From the IMG/VR virus record IMGVR_UViG_3300017700_000715, positions 1-63,909 of that record: DNA of 63,909 bases; one strand, written 5' to 3'. The notes under the pieces are model-generated. The model was not told the DNA's origin and did not search any database. It saw only the letters and a program-made list of their open reading frames with translations. This stretch comes from a virus (taxonomy: Duplodnaviria; Caudoviricetes). Within the stretch, counting starts at the first letter, position 1. Every line of letters starts with the position of its first letter. Positions 9,819 through 19,156 of this stretch are shown here, piece after piece. The translations under genes were made by a program, and so were the position numbers.

Positions 9819-11813
9819 GTGGCCGAGACGATCAGAGAGTTTCTCGTCAAGATCGGCTATCAGGTCGATGGAAGCAGCGAGCAGAAGTTTGAACGCAGCC
9901 TTGGACGGGCAACTCTTCGTGCTGAACTTCTAGGTCGTGCAATTGCTGAGGCGGCTGAGGCTGTTGTTCGAGGCGCCACTCGAATTGCTGCTGCCTTTGA
10001 TGATATCTATTACGCCAGCCAGCGCACCAAAACTTCAGTTGAGAACCTCAAAGGTCTCAGCTACGCTGTCAGTCAGCTTGGTGGTTCTTATGAAGGAACC
10101 ATGCAAGCTCTTGAGAGTTTCTCTCAGAAGCTTCGCTCAAATCCAGGTTATGACTCACTAGTTCGTCAGCTTGGTGTTGCCACGAAGCAGAATGGACAGC
10201 TTCGTCAGACTACGGACATTGTCAAAGATCTTGCCAAGGCACTTTCGACAAAGCCCTATTACATCCAGAAGCAATATTTTGAAGCTCTCGGACTTGACGA
10301 GCGTACCTTTAATGCTCTTCAGTCTGGTGATCTTGTAAAGTACACCGAAGAATACCGCAAGAAGCAAGAAGCTCTTGGTGTTGATCAGCAGAAACTTTCC
10401 GTTATTGGTAAAGATCTAACCCAGGCGTGGCGGTCTCTGTCCGTTACACTTGGAACTCTCGGTGATAAGCTTCTGAATGCTGTTGGTCCTGGTTTGACCG
10501 ACATGATCAAGCGTTTTGACGATTTTATCTTGCGTAATGCTGATAAGATCGAGGCATTCTTCAAGAGGTTGCTTGAGATCCTCGAAGAAGTTGTCAAGGC
10601 CTTTATGCTTCTCGTTGAGAAGGGTGAAGGTCCGATCGTCGAGATGTTCGACAAGATCGTCAAGTCTGTAGATTTGCTAACCACGGCACTTACTGTATTT
10701 GCAGCGTTCCTTGTTGGTTCGTGGCTGGTCAGGGTGCTTGGAGCTTTTGCTGCAGTTGGAACAGGCTTTGGTGCCATGCTGCTAAAGCTTGGTCTTAGTC
10801 CAGCCGGCCTTGCCGCAGCTGGATTAGCCTTTAGTGCCAGTCCAGCAAACGGTGGTGAGGACGCTGAGATACAGCGTCGACGTTCCAACGGAACTTGGGG
10901 CAATACTCCGACGCAGAATGGCACGACTGGCGGCGGTGGAGCGGCTCCTCCACAAATCACAGACAAGAGAAACTGGTGGCAACGCACTATGCCTAAGGTT
11001 CTTGGCGGCCGGGATGCTCCTTCAGCTGGATCAGGTGGAGGTAACAGTAACGCTCCTATCAGAGGTAGTACTTTTACGCAAAAAGCTCCTGGTATTATGA
11101 AGCGCCTTCAAGAGGACTTCGGACTTACCAAGGAACAAGCTGCCGGCGTGATGGGAAATCTCGGCCACGAAAGTGGTGGCTTGAATACTCTGCAGGAACG
11201 CAATCCTATTGTTCCAGGTTCTAGAGGTGGTTATGGCTGGGCTCAGTGGACTGGGCCTCGTCGCAAAGCCTTTGAAAAATGGGCAGCTGACAATGGTCAC
11301 ACAGATTTATCTTCTGATGAGGCTAATTACGGCTTCCTAAAACATGAACTTAGAACAACGCATAGAGGGGCTATATCTGCTCTGAAGAAAACTGGAACGG
11401 CAGAAGAAGCATCTGTTTCTTTTGAGCAGACGTATGAAGGCGCTCACAAAGACCACAAGGCTTATGGATCACGGGCTAAGTGGGCAAATAGAGCTCTTCG
11501 TGCTGCTGAAAGAGCTGCTGCCAGTGGAGATCAAGGTGGATCGGTACCTTATTCGCCGTTCTCCAAGATTAATGCAGGTTCTATGTCTGCCGTTCAGTCA
11601 AACGCAGCTTTGTTTGGTGCCGGTATTCAATCGAATTCTGCTCCCTTGACCCCCGCACCAAGCAGCAGTACTAGCAACGTCGATATGCAGCAAAAGACCG
11701 AAATCACTATTATTGGTGGTGGAGATCCAGCTGCTACAGGTGCAGCTGTTGCTGACGCCCAGAAAGGTGTCAATGGAAGCATGCTTAGAAATATGCAAGG
11801 TGCAGTTCGTTAA
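9819..11813 (+). CDS. Tape measure protein with phage tail lysozyme domain
   Basis: AETIREFLV.IG start; helical body; AAGVMGNLGHESG...GYGWAQWTGPRR...FEQTYE lysozyme motif. Confidence 0.85.
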   Translation: MAETIREFLVKIGYQVDGSSEQKFERSLGRATLRAELLGRAIAEAAEAVVRGATRIAAAFDDIYYASQRTKTSVENLKGLSYAVSQLGGSYEGTMQALESFSQKLRSNPGYDSLVRQLGVATKQNGQLRQTTDIVKDLAKALSTKPYYIQKQYFEALGLDERTFNALQSGDLVKYTEEYRKKQEALGVDQQKLSVIGKDLTQAWRSLSVTLGTLGDKLLNAVGPGLTDMIKRFDDFILRNADKIEAFFKRLLEILEEVVKAFMLLVEKGEGPIVEMFDKIVKSVDLLTTALTVFAAFLVGSWLVRVLGAFAAVGTGFGAMLLKLGLSPAGLAAAGLAFSASPANGGEDAEIQRRRSNGTWGNTPTQNGTTGGGGAAPPQITDKRNWWQRTMPKVLGGRDAPSAGSGGGNSNAPIRGSTFTQKAPGIMKRLQEDFGLTKEQAAGVMGNLGHESGGLNTLQERNPIVPGSRGGYGWAQWTGPRRKAFEKWAADNGHTDLSSDEANYGFLKHELRTTHRGAISALKKTGTAEEASVSFEQTYEGAHKDHKAYGSRAKWANRALRAAERAAASGDQGGSVPYSPFSKINAGSMSAVQSNAALFGAGIQSNSAPLTPAPSSSTSNVDMQQKTEITIIGGGDPAATGAAVADAQKGVNGSMLRNMQGAVR

Positions 11814-12115
11814 TTCCAAGCACAGACTCGGACACGACGACCAAGCCAACATGCTCCACTTTTTGTAACTTCACCAAGAGGAGAGTGGGCGTGATTTATG
11901 CCCCTCTCTTCATTCCAAAATGCTTCTCCTCCCTGATATGGAAGGACAGCAAAATAGGTATTTGGTGTTGCTCCAACAGTTACATTGATCATTCCGTTAT
12001 GAACCTGGCATGGCCCAGAAAGCTTGGTTTGATCATCAACAACGATCAAACACTTGGCAGCAAGGGCAGGCCCAGACGCTGTGATAGCTAAAGCCATAAT
12101 TGCAGCACGGATCAT
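11810..12115 (-). CDS. Small secreted Cys-containing protein (moron)
   Basis: GAGGAG RBS; signal peptide MIRAAIMALAITASGPALA; four Cys; own promoter. Confidence 0.75.
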   Translation of the reverse strand: MIRAAIMALAITASGPALAAKCLIVVDDQTKLSGPCQVHNGMINVTVGATPNTYFAVLPYQGGEAFWNEERGINHAHSPLGEVTKSGACWLGRRVRVCAWN

Positions 12116-12140
12116 CAGGATATCTCCTCTAACTTTCGCC

Positions 12141-12169
12141 ATTATAGCACGGAATAAATGAGGAGTAAA
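12141..12169 (-). promoter_or_regulatory. Sigma70-like promoter for the moron
   Basis: TTTACT-N17-TATAAT on - strand. Confidence 0.75.
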
Positions 12170-12170
12170 C

Positions 12171-12698
12171 ATGTCGATCCTTGACGACGCGTTTGCGTTA
12201 ATTTTCTCGAACCAACGGCAATTTGGCACTCTAGTGCCTGATGTGGTTATTCGTGAATTGAACCGCGACGAGATGGTCATTACTGATCATCCTGTTGAGC
12301 GTGGCGCCGCCATCTCAGATCACGCCTTTATTCGCCCTCTTGAAGTTGAGATTGTGGCAGGTTGGTCCGACTCGACCGGAGGTTACGCCGGATATTGCGA
12401 AGAAGCTTATCAGGATCTGGTGGCTCTTCAGAAGGAACGTGAGCCATTTGATCTTGCGACAGGCAAACGTCGATACAAGAATATGCTTCTTGCATCCATC
12501 GGTGTTCAAACCGATGAAAAAACTGAGCATTCGCTTATCGCAACGCTTCGGTTTCGCGAGGTGAATATTGTTGAGACCCAGACGACAAGTGCTCCAAAGG
12601 CTTCTCAGTCAAGTCCTCAGAAGACTTCTCCCACAGTTCAGTCTGGAACTCAACAGTTAAGAACAGGAACTGGTGGACGAGTGGTTGGAGGAGTATAA
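12171..12698 (+). CDS. Baseplate/tail-tube initiator protein
   Basis: ITDHPVE.GA.ISDHA and TGKRRY.NML motifs. Confidence 0.75.
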   Translation: MSILDDAFALIFSNQRQFGTLVPDVVIRELNRDEMVITDHPVERGAAISDHAFIRPLEVEIVAGWSDSTGGYAGYCEEAYQDLVALQKEREPFDLATGKRRYKNMLLASIGVQTDEKTEHSLIATLRFREVNIVETQTTSAPKASQSSPQKTSPTVQSGTQQLRTGTGGRVVGGV

Positions 12699-13012
12699 TG
12701 GCCACAGTCTATGAATTTCCTCTTCGACCTGAAGCTCAGGAAATGCAGATTACTTTAGCGACGGTAGAATATTCTGTCCGCTTCAGTTTTTGCGACACAC
12801 CTGACGGGGGTTGGTTCATTGACATTTCTTCAGTCGATGGTGTTCCTCTTGTTCGTGGGATACCGTTAACTGCAGGAGAAGATGTTCTTCAACAATTCGC
12901 CTATCTGAATTTCCCCGGAGAAATCCGTGTTGAGACAGACGATGACGATCTTGTTGAACCAACCTATGATAATCTTGGAACCAACGGCAGAGTGCTTTTC
13001 ATAACGCCATGA
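12698..13012 (+). CDS. Small baseplate protein
   Basis: W..DI...DG.PLV.GIPL..G.D.L.QF.YL, PTYDNLG; position. Confidence 0.65.
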   Translation: MATVYEFPLRPEAQEMQITLATVEYSVRFSFCDTPDGGWFIDISSVDGVPLVRGIPLTAGEDVLQQFAYLNFPGEIRVETDDDDLVEPTYDNLGTNGRVLFITP

Positions 13013-13950
13013 CTAGACAGTGGATCAGAGAAGTTCGACTGCTTATTGATGCAGGCGGCAAATCTACTGACGTTTCAGCTCTTCGCATTCGCTTCAAGGT
13101 TCAACAGAACAACATTCAGCGGCCCAATTCCGCTGAAATCTTTATTACAAACCCTTCTCCAGATACAGCTCAACGTATCAAGAAGGAAGGTCAACTAATC
13201 ACTCTAGAGGCTGGTTACAAAGAAGGATATGGACTCATCTTCAAGGGTGAGTTAATCCAGAAGCGCATTGGTCGCGACAATCCGGTCGAGACTTATCTCG
13301 CTCTTGTGGCTACTTCGGGAGATCGTGCTTATAACTTCTCAACTGTCAGCAAAACACTTGCTGCGGGTAGCACGTTCAAAGATCAAGTTGACGAAGTCAT
13401 AAAAGCCATGAAGCCTTACGGCATTGAGCCAGGTTTCATTGCTGATTTTGGCAATAAGAAAATGCCAAGAGCTCGAACCTTATTTGGTTTATCCCGTGAC
13501 ATTATGCGAGACATCGCATTTTCTACTGGCACAAGCTGGAGCATCCAAAATCAAAAGCTGCAAGTTGTAAAGAACCAAGAGTCGCTTCCAGGCGAAACTC
13601 ATGTGATCAACTCAAGAACTGGTATGGTGGGGCTTCCTCAACAGACTCTCGACGGTATTCAGGTGCGAATGCTTCTGAACCCCAAGATTGTACCCGGTTC
13701 TCGAATTAAACTCGATCAGAAGAGTGTTCAAGAGGCGGCTTTCAGTCCTAACTATTTGGCTGAGGTTCAGAACAGTATGATCCCTTCTCTTGCGGAAGAT
13801 GGTCTTTACAAGGTACTTGTCTCAGATCACCACGGTGATACTCGAGGCAATTCCTATTACACTGACGCTATCTGTATTCGCGCTGATGGTCAGGGACCTC
13901 TACCGATAGGATTGGCTGGTCAAGGTATTAACCTGGATCCTGGAGAATAA
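13009..13950 (+). CDS. Baseplate hub protein
   Basis: LEAGY, WSIQN, TGMVG.P, LLNP, GDTRG motifs. Confidence 0.75.
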   Translation: MTRQWIREVRLLIDAGGKSTDVSALRIRFKVQQNNIQRPNSAEIFITNPSPDTAQRIKKEGQLITLEAGYKEGYGLIFKGELIQKRIGRDNPVETYLALVATSGDRAYNFSTVSKTLAAGSTFKDQVDEVIKAMKPYGIEPGFIADFGNKKMPRARTLFGLSRDIMRDIAFSTGTSWSIQNQKLQVVKNQESLPGETHVINSRTGMVGLPQQTLDGIQVRMLLNPKIVPGSRIKLDQKSVQEAAFSPNYLAEVQNSMIPSLAEDGLYKVLVSDHHGDTRGNSYYTDAICIRADGQGPLPIGLAGQGINLDPGE

Positions 13951-13951
13951 C

Positions 13952-14638
13952 ATGGATGTCCGCCAGCGCATCGATGATCCTGAGGAAAACCTCAGAGCGG
14001 CACTCGATGATCGTCAAGCTAAGATGTGGACATCTGCTCCTGGCCGAGTGGTTGATGTAGATCTTGCAAAACAGACTATGTCTGTCCAGCTTACCGTCAA
14101 ATCCTTTATTAAGGGTGAAGACGGTAAGCAAAAAGCTGTTGATATTCCGATGCTGAAAGATGTTCCCTTTCAGTGGCCAGGTGGTGGTGGCATGGTTATG
14201 ACATTTCCTGTGAAAGCAGGAGATGAAGTTCTTGTCAACTTCTCATCAAGATCTCCAGACGCTTGGCAGCAGTCTGGCGGCGATCAGATGCCGACTGATG
14301 CTAGCATGCACAGTCTCTCAAATGGTTTTGCTACACTGGGATTTAGATCAAATCCCAACGCTGCAAAAATTACGGATCCATCATCTACTGGCGCTGAAAT
14401 GCGGTCGGAAGATGGTAAGACTAAGATGAGCATGTCTGCTGCAGGTGGCGTTGGTATAAAGACAGATAAAGCCGTCGCTATTGAAGCAACAGGCGGTACG
14501 TCAATGACTGGCGACATGAATATCACGGGAACTCTCACTGTTACAGGTGAGATTGTTCTTAACGGGATCAGTCTTTCTACTCACAAACATACAGGTGTTG
14601 TCCCAGGTGGGGGCACAAGCGCAGGACCTACAAACTGA
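13952..14638 (+). CDS. Baseplate spike (Gp138/GpV-like)
   Basis: DVP...P.GGG...TFPV..GDE N-terminal OB fold; H.H.GV C-terminal apex. Confidence 0.82.
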   Translation: MDVRQRIDDPEENLRAALDDRQAKMWTSAPGRVVDVDLAKQTMSVQLTVKSFIKGEDGKQKAVDIPMLKDVPFQWPGGGGMVMTFPVKAGDEVLVNFSSRSPDAWQQSGGDQMPTDASMHSLSNGFATLGFRSNPNAAKITDPSSTGAEMRSEDGKTKMSMSAAGGVGIKTDKAVAIEATGGTSMTGDMNITGTLTVTGEIVLNGISLSTHKHTGVVPGGGTSAGPTN

Positions 14639-14994
14639 TGCGTTATCGCAAGCTCGACGCCAACGGTGATTATACCTTCGGCCAAGGGCAGGCTGATTTC
14701 TGGAAAGATGTGCCTGATGCTCCGGCTCAGGCAGTCAAGACTCGTTTATTTCTTTTCCAAGGCGAGTGGTTTCTTGACTCTCGTGAGGGTATGCCTTGGA
14801 AAACTCAGGTTCTAGGTAATCGCACAGCACCAACTCGTGATCCTGCTATTCGCTCTCACATTTTGGGATCTCAGGGTGTTAAAGAGATCATCGAATACTC
14901 CAGCACCTTAAATCGTGACACTCGATTGTTTGGTGTTTCCACTACCATCGACACGATTTATGGGCGCACAAAGGTCGAGGGAGCCAACTTCTAA
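14638..14994 (+). CDS. Baseplate wedge/sheath initiator
   Basis: MRYRKLD..GDYTFG, QAVKTRL.L..GEWFLD, DTIYG. Confidence 0.75.
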   Translation: MRYRKLDANGDYTFGQGQADFWKDVPDAPAQAVKTRLFLFQGEWFLDSREGMPWKTQVLGNRTAPTRDPAIRSHILGSQGVKEIIEYSSTLNRDTRLFGVSTTIDTIYGRTKVEGANF

Positions 14995-16169
14995 TGGCAC
15001 TGCCAGTCTGCACTATTGATGAGAATGGCATCTTTCGCCCTGATTATCAGACCGTCCTTGAGTACTTCAAGGAAAAGTTTCGTGGCATTTATGGCCAGGA
15101 TGTATACATCGAACCTGATAGTCAAGATGGTCAGATGCTGGCAATCTTTGCTCAGGCTGTCCACGATGCCAACGACATGACTGTTCAGACCTACAACTCA
15201 TTTTCGCCTTCAACTGCGAGGGGTGTGGGTCTTTCTTCAAACGTCAAGATCAATGGTATTGCACGACGTGTTGCCTCCTATTCGACTGTGGATCTTTTGA
15301 TCACAGGTCAGGTTGGTACTACGATTGAAGGTGGAATTGCTCAGAGTTCAGATGGAACTCAGTGGCTTCTGCCAGATCTCGTGATTATTCCAGTCGATGG
15401 AGATATCACAGTAACGGCAACAGCCAAGAGTCCCGGAGCAATTACCGCATTGCCTGGCGACATCACGACGATTGGCACGCCGACACGTGGTTGGCAGTCT
15501 GTAGAGAATTTATCGTCAGCAGCGGCTGGTGCTCCTGTTGAAACTGATGCCGAACTTCGTCGTCGTCAAACTATCTCAACGGCTTTGCCTTCTCGAACTG
15601 TGTTTGAAGGTACAGTTGGAGCTGTAGCATCACTGCCAGGTGTGACCCGCTATCGCGGATACGAGAATGATACAAGTGTCCCAGATGCTGATGGAATTCC
15701 TGCCCATAGCATCTCTCTTGTAGTTCAAGGTGGCGACTCCCAAGAAATTGGGCAAACTATCGCTGACAAGAAAACCCCTGGCACTGGTACCTATGGCACA
15801 ACTGCTGTAGATATTGTGGATGATTTCGGGGTCCTTAGGACAATCCGATTTTATCGACCTACAGATGCTGTCATCGGAGTAGAAGTTACTCTGACAGCAC
15901 TTGCTGGATACACTGCTGCTATTGAACAGAGCATCAAAGATACTGTGGCAGAATGGATATCTGCCTTGGAAATTGGTGAAGATGTTGAATGGGCAGAGGT
16001 GTTCTTGCCAGCTAACCTGTTCGGTGGACTTGGTGTAAAGAACTACAAAATTACATTGCTCAGAATTAAGAAAAATGCGGGTGCTTTTGGTACCTCAGAT
16101 CTTACGGTTCTGTTCAATGAAGCTGCTGTCTCTTTGCCAGCTGATGTGACAATTATCGTCAACCCCTGA
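14994..16169 (+). CDS. Baseplate J-like protein
   Basis: DSQDGQ, ETDAELR.R, YENDT, PAHSI..VV.GG motifs. Confidence 0.85.
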   Translation: MALPVCTIDENGIFRPDYQTVLEYFKEKFRGIYGQDVYIEPDSQDGQMLAIFAQAVHDANDMTVQTYNSFSPSTARGVGLSSNVKINGIARRVASYSTVDLLITGQVGTTIEGGIAQSSDGTQWLLPDLVIIPVDGDITVTATAKSPGAITALPGDITTIGTPTRGWQSVENLSSAAAGAPVETDAELRRRQTISTALPSRTVFEGTVGAVASLPGVTRYRGYENDTSVPDADGIPAHSISLVVQGGDSQEIGQTIADKKTPGTGTYGTTAVDIVDDFGVLRTIRFYRPTDAVIGVEVTLTALAGYTAAIEQSIKDTVAEWISALEIGEDVEWAEVFLPANLFGGLGVKNYKITLLRIKKNAGAFGTSDLTVLFNEAAVSLPADVTIIVNP

Positions 16170-16178
16170 GAGTAGCAG

Positions 16179-17309
16179 ATGACGCAGCAGCTGATCAACG
16201 TCGGTATCGTCGCAAATGACGGTACTGGTGATCCCTTCCGCACCTGCATGCAGAAGGCTAATGACAACTTCACAGAGCTATACGGTGCCCTGGATGATTT
16301 CGTCACTCCTGATGGCACCCAGATACTGACGAATAAGACCCTCGTCACTCCCGTCATCACCAGCCCAACTGGATTGGTGAAGGCGGACGTTGGCCTCAAC
16401 AACGTCAACAACACGGCTGACGCCAATAAGCCAGTCTCTTCAGCTCAGGCTGCGGCTGACGCACTAAGGGTGCTAAAGTCCGGCGACACTATGACCGGCG
16501 CACTTGTGTTGGCCGCTGATCCCGTGGCACCACTCCAGGCTGCCACAAAGCAGTATGCAGACAATCTCATTGCTGCGGCTGACGCTCTTGTCTTCAAGGG
16601 TCTGATCAATTGCTCTGCCAATCCGAATTATCCGACTGCTGACTGTGGCTGGACTTATCGTGTCTCGGTCGCGGGTAAGATTGGTGGCGCCTCAGGAATT
16701 AATGTTGAAATCGGGGATCTACTGACTTGCTCCGTTGATGGCAGCCCTGCTGGTAATCAAGCTACTGTCGGCGCAAACTGGGGCATCGTCCAGACGAACA
16801 TCGATGGTGCAGTCACGCTGACCGGCACGCAGACGCTTACCAATAAGACTCTCGACGCCCCAGTAATCACAGGTGTTGCTGCTGTTCCAACGGCAGCTCC
16901 AGGCACCAACACCACACAGCCTGCTAGTACGGCTTATGTTACGGCAGCCGTGGTTGCTGCTGGTATCTTCACTAAACAATTCATCAGCAGCAACATTAAT
17001 ATTGTTTCTGCGGCCCAGGGCACAGTTGCTCATGGATTGGCTGCAGTTCCTAAGATGGTAACTGCCCATTTGGTTTGTGTCACAAATTACCTCAGTGCGT
17101 ATGTGGTTGGTGACATTATTCCGATTGGTATTGACTGGCAAGGATCAGTTCGAGGTGTTGGTCTAACCATGGACGCCACCAATTTGAAATATACCATGGG
17201 TAATGCAACCAACGTATTTCAGGTTCTTGACCCTACTCCTGGAACACCTGGAGCTGACCTGCTTTTGACCAACGCAAACTTCAAGCTTGTGCTAAAGGCA
17301 TTCGCATGA
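16179..17309 (+). CDS. Tail fibre/baseplate-attached protein
   Basis: INVG..ANDGTGDP.R....K.N.NF.ELY attachment motif; DVGL.NV.NT.D.NKPVS; TQ.LTNKTL twice. Confidence 0.7.
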   Translation: MTQQLINVGIVANDGTGDPFRTCMQKANDNFTELYGALDDFVTPDGTQILTNKTLVTPVITSPTGLVKADVGLNNVNNTADANKPVSSAQAAADALRVLKSGDTMTGALVLAADPVAPLQAATKQYADNLIAAADALVFKGLINCSANPNYPTADCGWTYRVSVAGKIGGASGINVEIGDLLTCSVDGSPAGNQATVGANWGIVQTNIDGAVTLTGTQTLTNKTLDAPVITGVAAVPTAAPGTNTTQPASTAYVTAAVVAAGIFTKQFISSNINIVSAAQGTVAHGLAAVPKMVTAHLVCVTNYLSAYVVGDIIPIGIDWQGSVRGVGLTMDATNLKYTMGNATNVFQVLDPTPGTPGADLLLTNANFKLVLKAFA

Positions 17310-18085
17310 CATGGCCAACTGGCGACTCGCTAGATCCCACGGCGGACGCCACTTGGGTGACAGCAGATAATGGAACAGCAGTTACTCCAACTCCTGATCC
17401 ATTTGAAGTAATCACAGCTGATAGATACATGGATCTTATCACGAGTTATCATCGTGGTCGTCCTAAATTCTCGGCTATGATGGTTTCACTACTTGAACCT
17501 CCTGCAGCTCAGCAAACATTTACTCAGCATCTACCTCTTGACTTTGATCTCGATGTGGCTGTAGGTGTTCAGCTTGATGTTGTCGGTGAATGGGTAGGTC
17601 GATCGCGTTTTATTCGGGTACCTATTCCAAATGTCTACTTTACCTTTGACGATGATCTTCGAGGGTTTGATGCAGGTGTTTGGAAAGGTCCATACGACTC
17701 AGATGCAGGTGTTACTCGTCTAGATGACGAAACCTATAGAACCTTGCTTCGAGCTAAGATAGCAGCAAACCATTGGGACGGAACCTTGCCAGACGCGAGG
17801 CGAGTTCTAGATATTGTATTTCCTAACGGAGATACAAAGCTGTTTATCGTTGATAACCAAGACATGACAATGACATTTGGAGTGTCAGGCACGCTGCCTT
17901 CACTTCTATTTATTGTGCTGTTGTCTCAAGGATACATACCGGTTAAGCCCGAGGGTGTCCTAGCGAACTACGTGATCACGAGCGAACCTGGACCTATGTT
18001 TGGTTTCGATGTTGATAACGAATTCATCTCTGGCTTCGACTCTGGAGCTTGGGGTGTTCCCCCTGAATACTTCACAGGACCCTGA
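17306..18085 (+). CDS. Baseplate wedge protein (DUF2612)
   Basis: FDLD.AVG.QLD.VG.WVG.SR, LDDE.YR..LRAKI..N.WDG, DNQDMTM. Confidence 0.82.
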   Translation: MTWPTGDSLDPTADATWVTADNGTAVTPTPDPFEVITADRYMDLITSYHRGRPKFSAMMVSLLEPPAAQQTFTQHLPLDFDLDVAVGVQLDVVGEWVGRSRFIRVPIPNVYFTFDDDLRGFDAGVWKGPYDSDAGVTRLDDETYRTLLRAKIAANHWDGTLPDARRVLDIVFPNGDTKLFIVDNQDMTMTFGVSGTLPSLLFIVLLSQGYIPVKPEGVLANYVITSEPGPMFGFDVDNEFISGFDSGAWGVPPEYFTGP

Positions 18086-18090
18086 TCAAC

Positions 18091-19155
18091 ATGGCGAACG
18101 ACTTTCTTCCTTTCGGCACCGCGGGTGGTGCCAATGTCATGTCTCAGGCCGCCTATGCTGCTCTTGGCGCGCGTTCCTCAGGTTTTGTCGCAGGCACAGC
18201 GCTTAGCGCTCAGTTGAACAAGGCTTGGCGTCAGTCATCTGTGATGGCTTACATTATTGGCCAGTTTGTTGCTGATCATTCTGGTGAAGATGCTCTTGAC
18301 GATGGTGATCTTGCAGAGCTCTATGCAAGATTTGAAACTGCAATTCGTCGTCAAGATCTAAATTACTTGGGCGTGGTTTCTGGAACAGCTAACGCTCTTA
18401 CAGTTGGAATTGACCCTGCGCCTGGTGCTTGGTCAGAATTGACTGGAGTTCCACTGGTCGTTATTACGGCCTCTTCAAATACCGCAGCAAATCCAACTAT
18501 CAATATCGGCGGTTTGGGAGTTAAGACTCTTAAGCAGTCTGACGGGACTGATTTGCCTATCGCAGCTTGGCGTACAGGCGCTTTGCTTGAGTTGATCTAT
18601 GATGGCACGAATGTTCGCATTCTATCTGGGGCAGATCAAGCAGCGATCAATGTCGCGCTCAACAACTTTATCATCATCGCTGACCAAAAACCTGCTGGTA
18701 CAGATGGTGGTGACTTCCTAGCCGGTGCTTGGCGCACTCGTACTCTGAACACTATTGTCGCAGATCCCAACGGACTTGTTGGATCAGGTCTTGTGACTTT
18801 GGCCTCAAATCAGATTACGTTGGGTGTAGGTGTCTGGATCCTTTCTGCTTCTGCCCCTGCAGTTGCGGTCAATAGTCACAAGACGCGTCTTCAGAATATC
18901 ACCGATGGCACTACAGCTTTCACAGGTACATCTGAACAAACCACCCAGAATACAAACACTGATCAGCTGGCTACGCGTTCATTGCTTGTTGGCCGTATTG
19001 CCTTGACTGCACCCAAGACTTTTGAGATCCAGCATATCGGAGAGCAGAATTCAACGGGCTTCAATCCAGGCGTTGGTTTTGGTCTAGGCAGTGTTTATAT
19101 TGGTGGCACTGGGCCTGAGACCTATACGATTTGTGAGATCAGAAAGGTCGGCTAA
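18091..19155 (+). CDS. Tail fibre protein
   Basis: NDF.PF....GANV.SQ..Y, A.SAQ.NK..RQ, D.LDDGD N-terminal domain. Confidence 0.78.
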   Translation: MANDFLPFGTAGGANVMSQAAYAALGARSSGFVAGTALSAQLNKAWRQSSVMAYIIGQFVADHSGEDALDDGDLAELYARFETAIRRQDLNYLGVVSGTANALTVGIDPAPGAWSELTGVPLVVITASSNTAANPTINIGGLGVKTLKQSDGTDLPIAAWRTGALLELIYDGTNVRILSGADQAAINVALNNFIIIADQKPAGTDGGDFLAGAWRTRTLNTIVADPNGLVGSGLVTLASNQITLGVGVWILSASAPAVAVNSHKTRLQNITDGTTAFTGTSEQTTQNTNTDQLATRSLLVGRIALTAPKTFEIQHIGEQNSTGFNPGVGFGLGSVYIGGTGPETYTICEIRKVG

Positions 19156-19156
19156 C

